DNA of 63,823 nucleotides, filler included, from Basidiobolus ranarum (Eukaryota): NCBI GenBank assembly GCA_040143965.1. It is 56 parts of 56 records of this genome, joined end to end, with 100 filler letters (N's around TTAATTAATTAA, not from the genome) between each part and the next. Parts side by side here need not be neighbours in the genome. Positions count along the whole stretch, not along the records: positions 61,656 to 62,689 come from JASJQH010013618.1; positions 62,790 to 63,823 come from JASJQH010013619.1; 54 more parts are not named here. One strand, 5' to 3'. Shown piece by piece: positions 62,601 to 63,823 of this stretch (position 1 is its first letter; each line of letters starts with the position of its first letter). The notes under the pieces were generated by a model. It saw only the letters and a program-made list of their open reading frames with translations, ran no database searches and was not told where the DNA came from. The position numbers and the translations under genes were made by a program.

Positions 62601-63823
62601 AGTATACTTGGGTGTACTTTCTGGCCAGTAAGGATGAAGCCTTTGATACCTTCAAGAAGTTCAAAGCAATGGTGGAGACTGAAACAGGTNNNNNNNNNNN
62701 NNNNNNNNNNNNNNNNNNNNNNNNNNNNNNNNNTTAATTAATTAANNNNNNNNNNNNNNNNNNNNNNNNNNNNNNNNNNNNNNNNNNNNTCCAAATTTAC
62801 AGATAATATTTTTACTAGCTGGAAAGTTGTCAGATATTTAGATTTTCAAACTTGTGGCAGAGGCTCCAAACTTTGCACACATGTTCCTGGGACCTTCCAT
62901 GGCATATTGAACATATTAGTTTGCTTACATCTTGACAAACCTATATATTCCAATTTCTAATTACTAAATTGACAAGTGAAAACCACTAATATCTATAAAT
63001 CTCCAAACCACTTCCAACAGGCTCCCCAATACTTTAACAGGTTGTGAGCCTCAAGCTTGTACTCTCCGGAATATCTAATTCTCAAATTTTTGGAACTTTC
63101 CCCATCTCCTGAAAATTAGATGGAACCAATCATCAACATGGGAAATTTATAATCAAAATGCTGCTGCTAGAAAAAGAACTTTGGAATGCTGTTGTAGGAG
63201 AAGAAAACAGTGCAAAACCATCTGAAACTGAATTTGTACTTCAGGTTAGAAAAGAACCCAGTGCCTTTAACACAATTTGTCTTAGTGTTAATGACATATT
63301 TCTAATTCAATGCTCAAGAGCTCAAACTGCTCAGAAGGTATAGAAAGCCTTGGATGATGCCTACCAAGTAAGCTCTGCTGCCAACAACATTTTTCCAAGA
63401 AGACAATTATTTAACTTAAAGATGAAGCCAGGCAAAGACAGTCCATTACTAATTAATAGAGTCACTACTTTTATGAATGAAATAGAATGCATTGAAGTAC
63501 CTACTGCTGATTAAGATATTTTTGTTACAGTCTTGCATAGGCTGCCAAGCAAGTTTCAGAGCCTAGTACTGGCTCTCAAATCAAGAACTGAAAATTTGGT
63601 CTTGATTATGTATTTGGCAGACTTCTGGATCAAGATTTATGCAAATTTGGTTCCAACCAAGAGAATGAAGAAAATGCTTTAACAGGCTATGACAACCATC
63701 CTATAAAGGTCAAAAGCACATTATGCAGAAAGGTAACACCTTCTGTGATTGCTTTAAAAGAACTAACCACTCAAGCAAAGATTGCTTTGAAAGAATTGCA
63801 AAAGAAGAAAAACATACTGAATC

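Overview
This window is not a contiguous locus. It is 56 small contigs (1048 bp falling to 1034 bp, sorted by length) joined by 55 identical 100-bp linkers (44 N + TTAATTAATTAA + 44 N), so nothing can be inferred across a linker. The DNA is AT-rich and eukaryotic, most likely from an early-diverging fungus: short GT-AG introns, a eukaryotic initiator tRNA, CsbD-like genes and fungal-type transposons. Most contigs are nested, CpG-depleted transposon debris: several Ty1/Copia families, a chromodomain Ty3/Gypsy family, a second Gypsy-type protease, a multicopy CMC/EnSpm (CACTA-type Tnp2) family with two divergent ORFs, and three kinds of DNA-transposon termini. Host-like contigs hold tRNA-Gly(GCC), tRNA-iMet, an intron-containing Old Yellow Enzyme gene, tandem CsbD-like genes and a tandem-repeat peptide gene. 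The most interesting signals are: (1) a divergent, intronless, frameshifted RNA polymerase largest-subunit (Rpb1-like) fragment with giant-virus-like features, joined directly to a transposase fragment; (2) a tRNA-like Pol III cassette at an apparent LTR end (Helenus-type TRIM or SINE candidate); (3) three reverse-transcription priming modes readable from sequence (tRNA-iMet 3' end, half tRNA-iMet, and Tf1-like self-priming); (4) a candidate Kex2-processed repeat-peptide precursor. All family assignments come from motif recognition by eye, not database searches.
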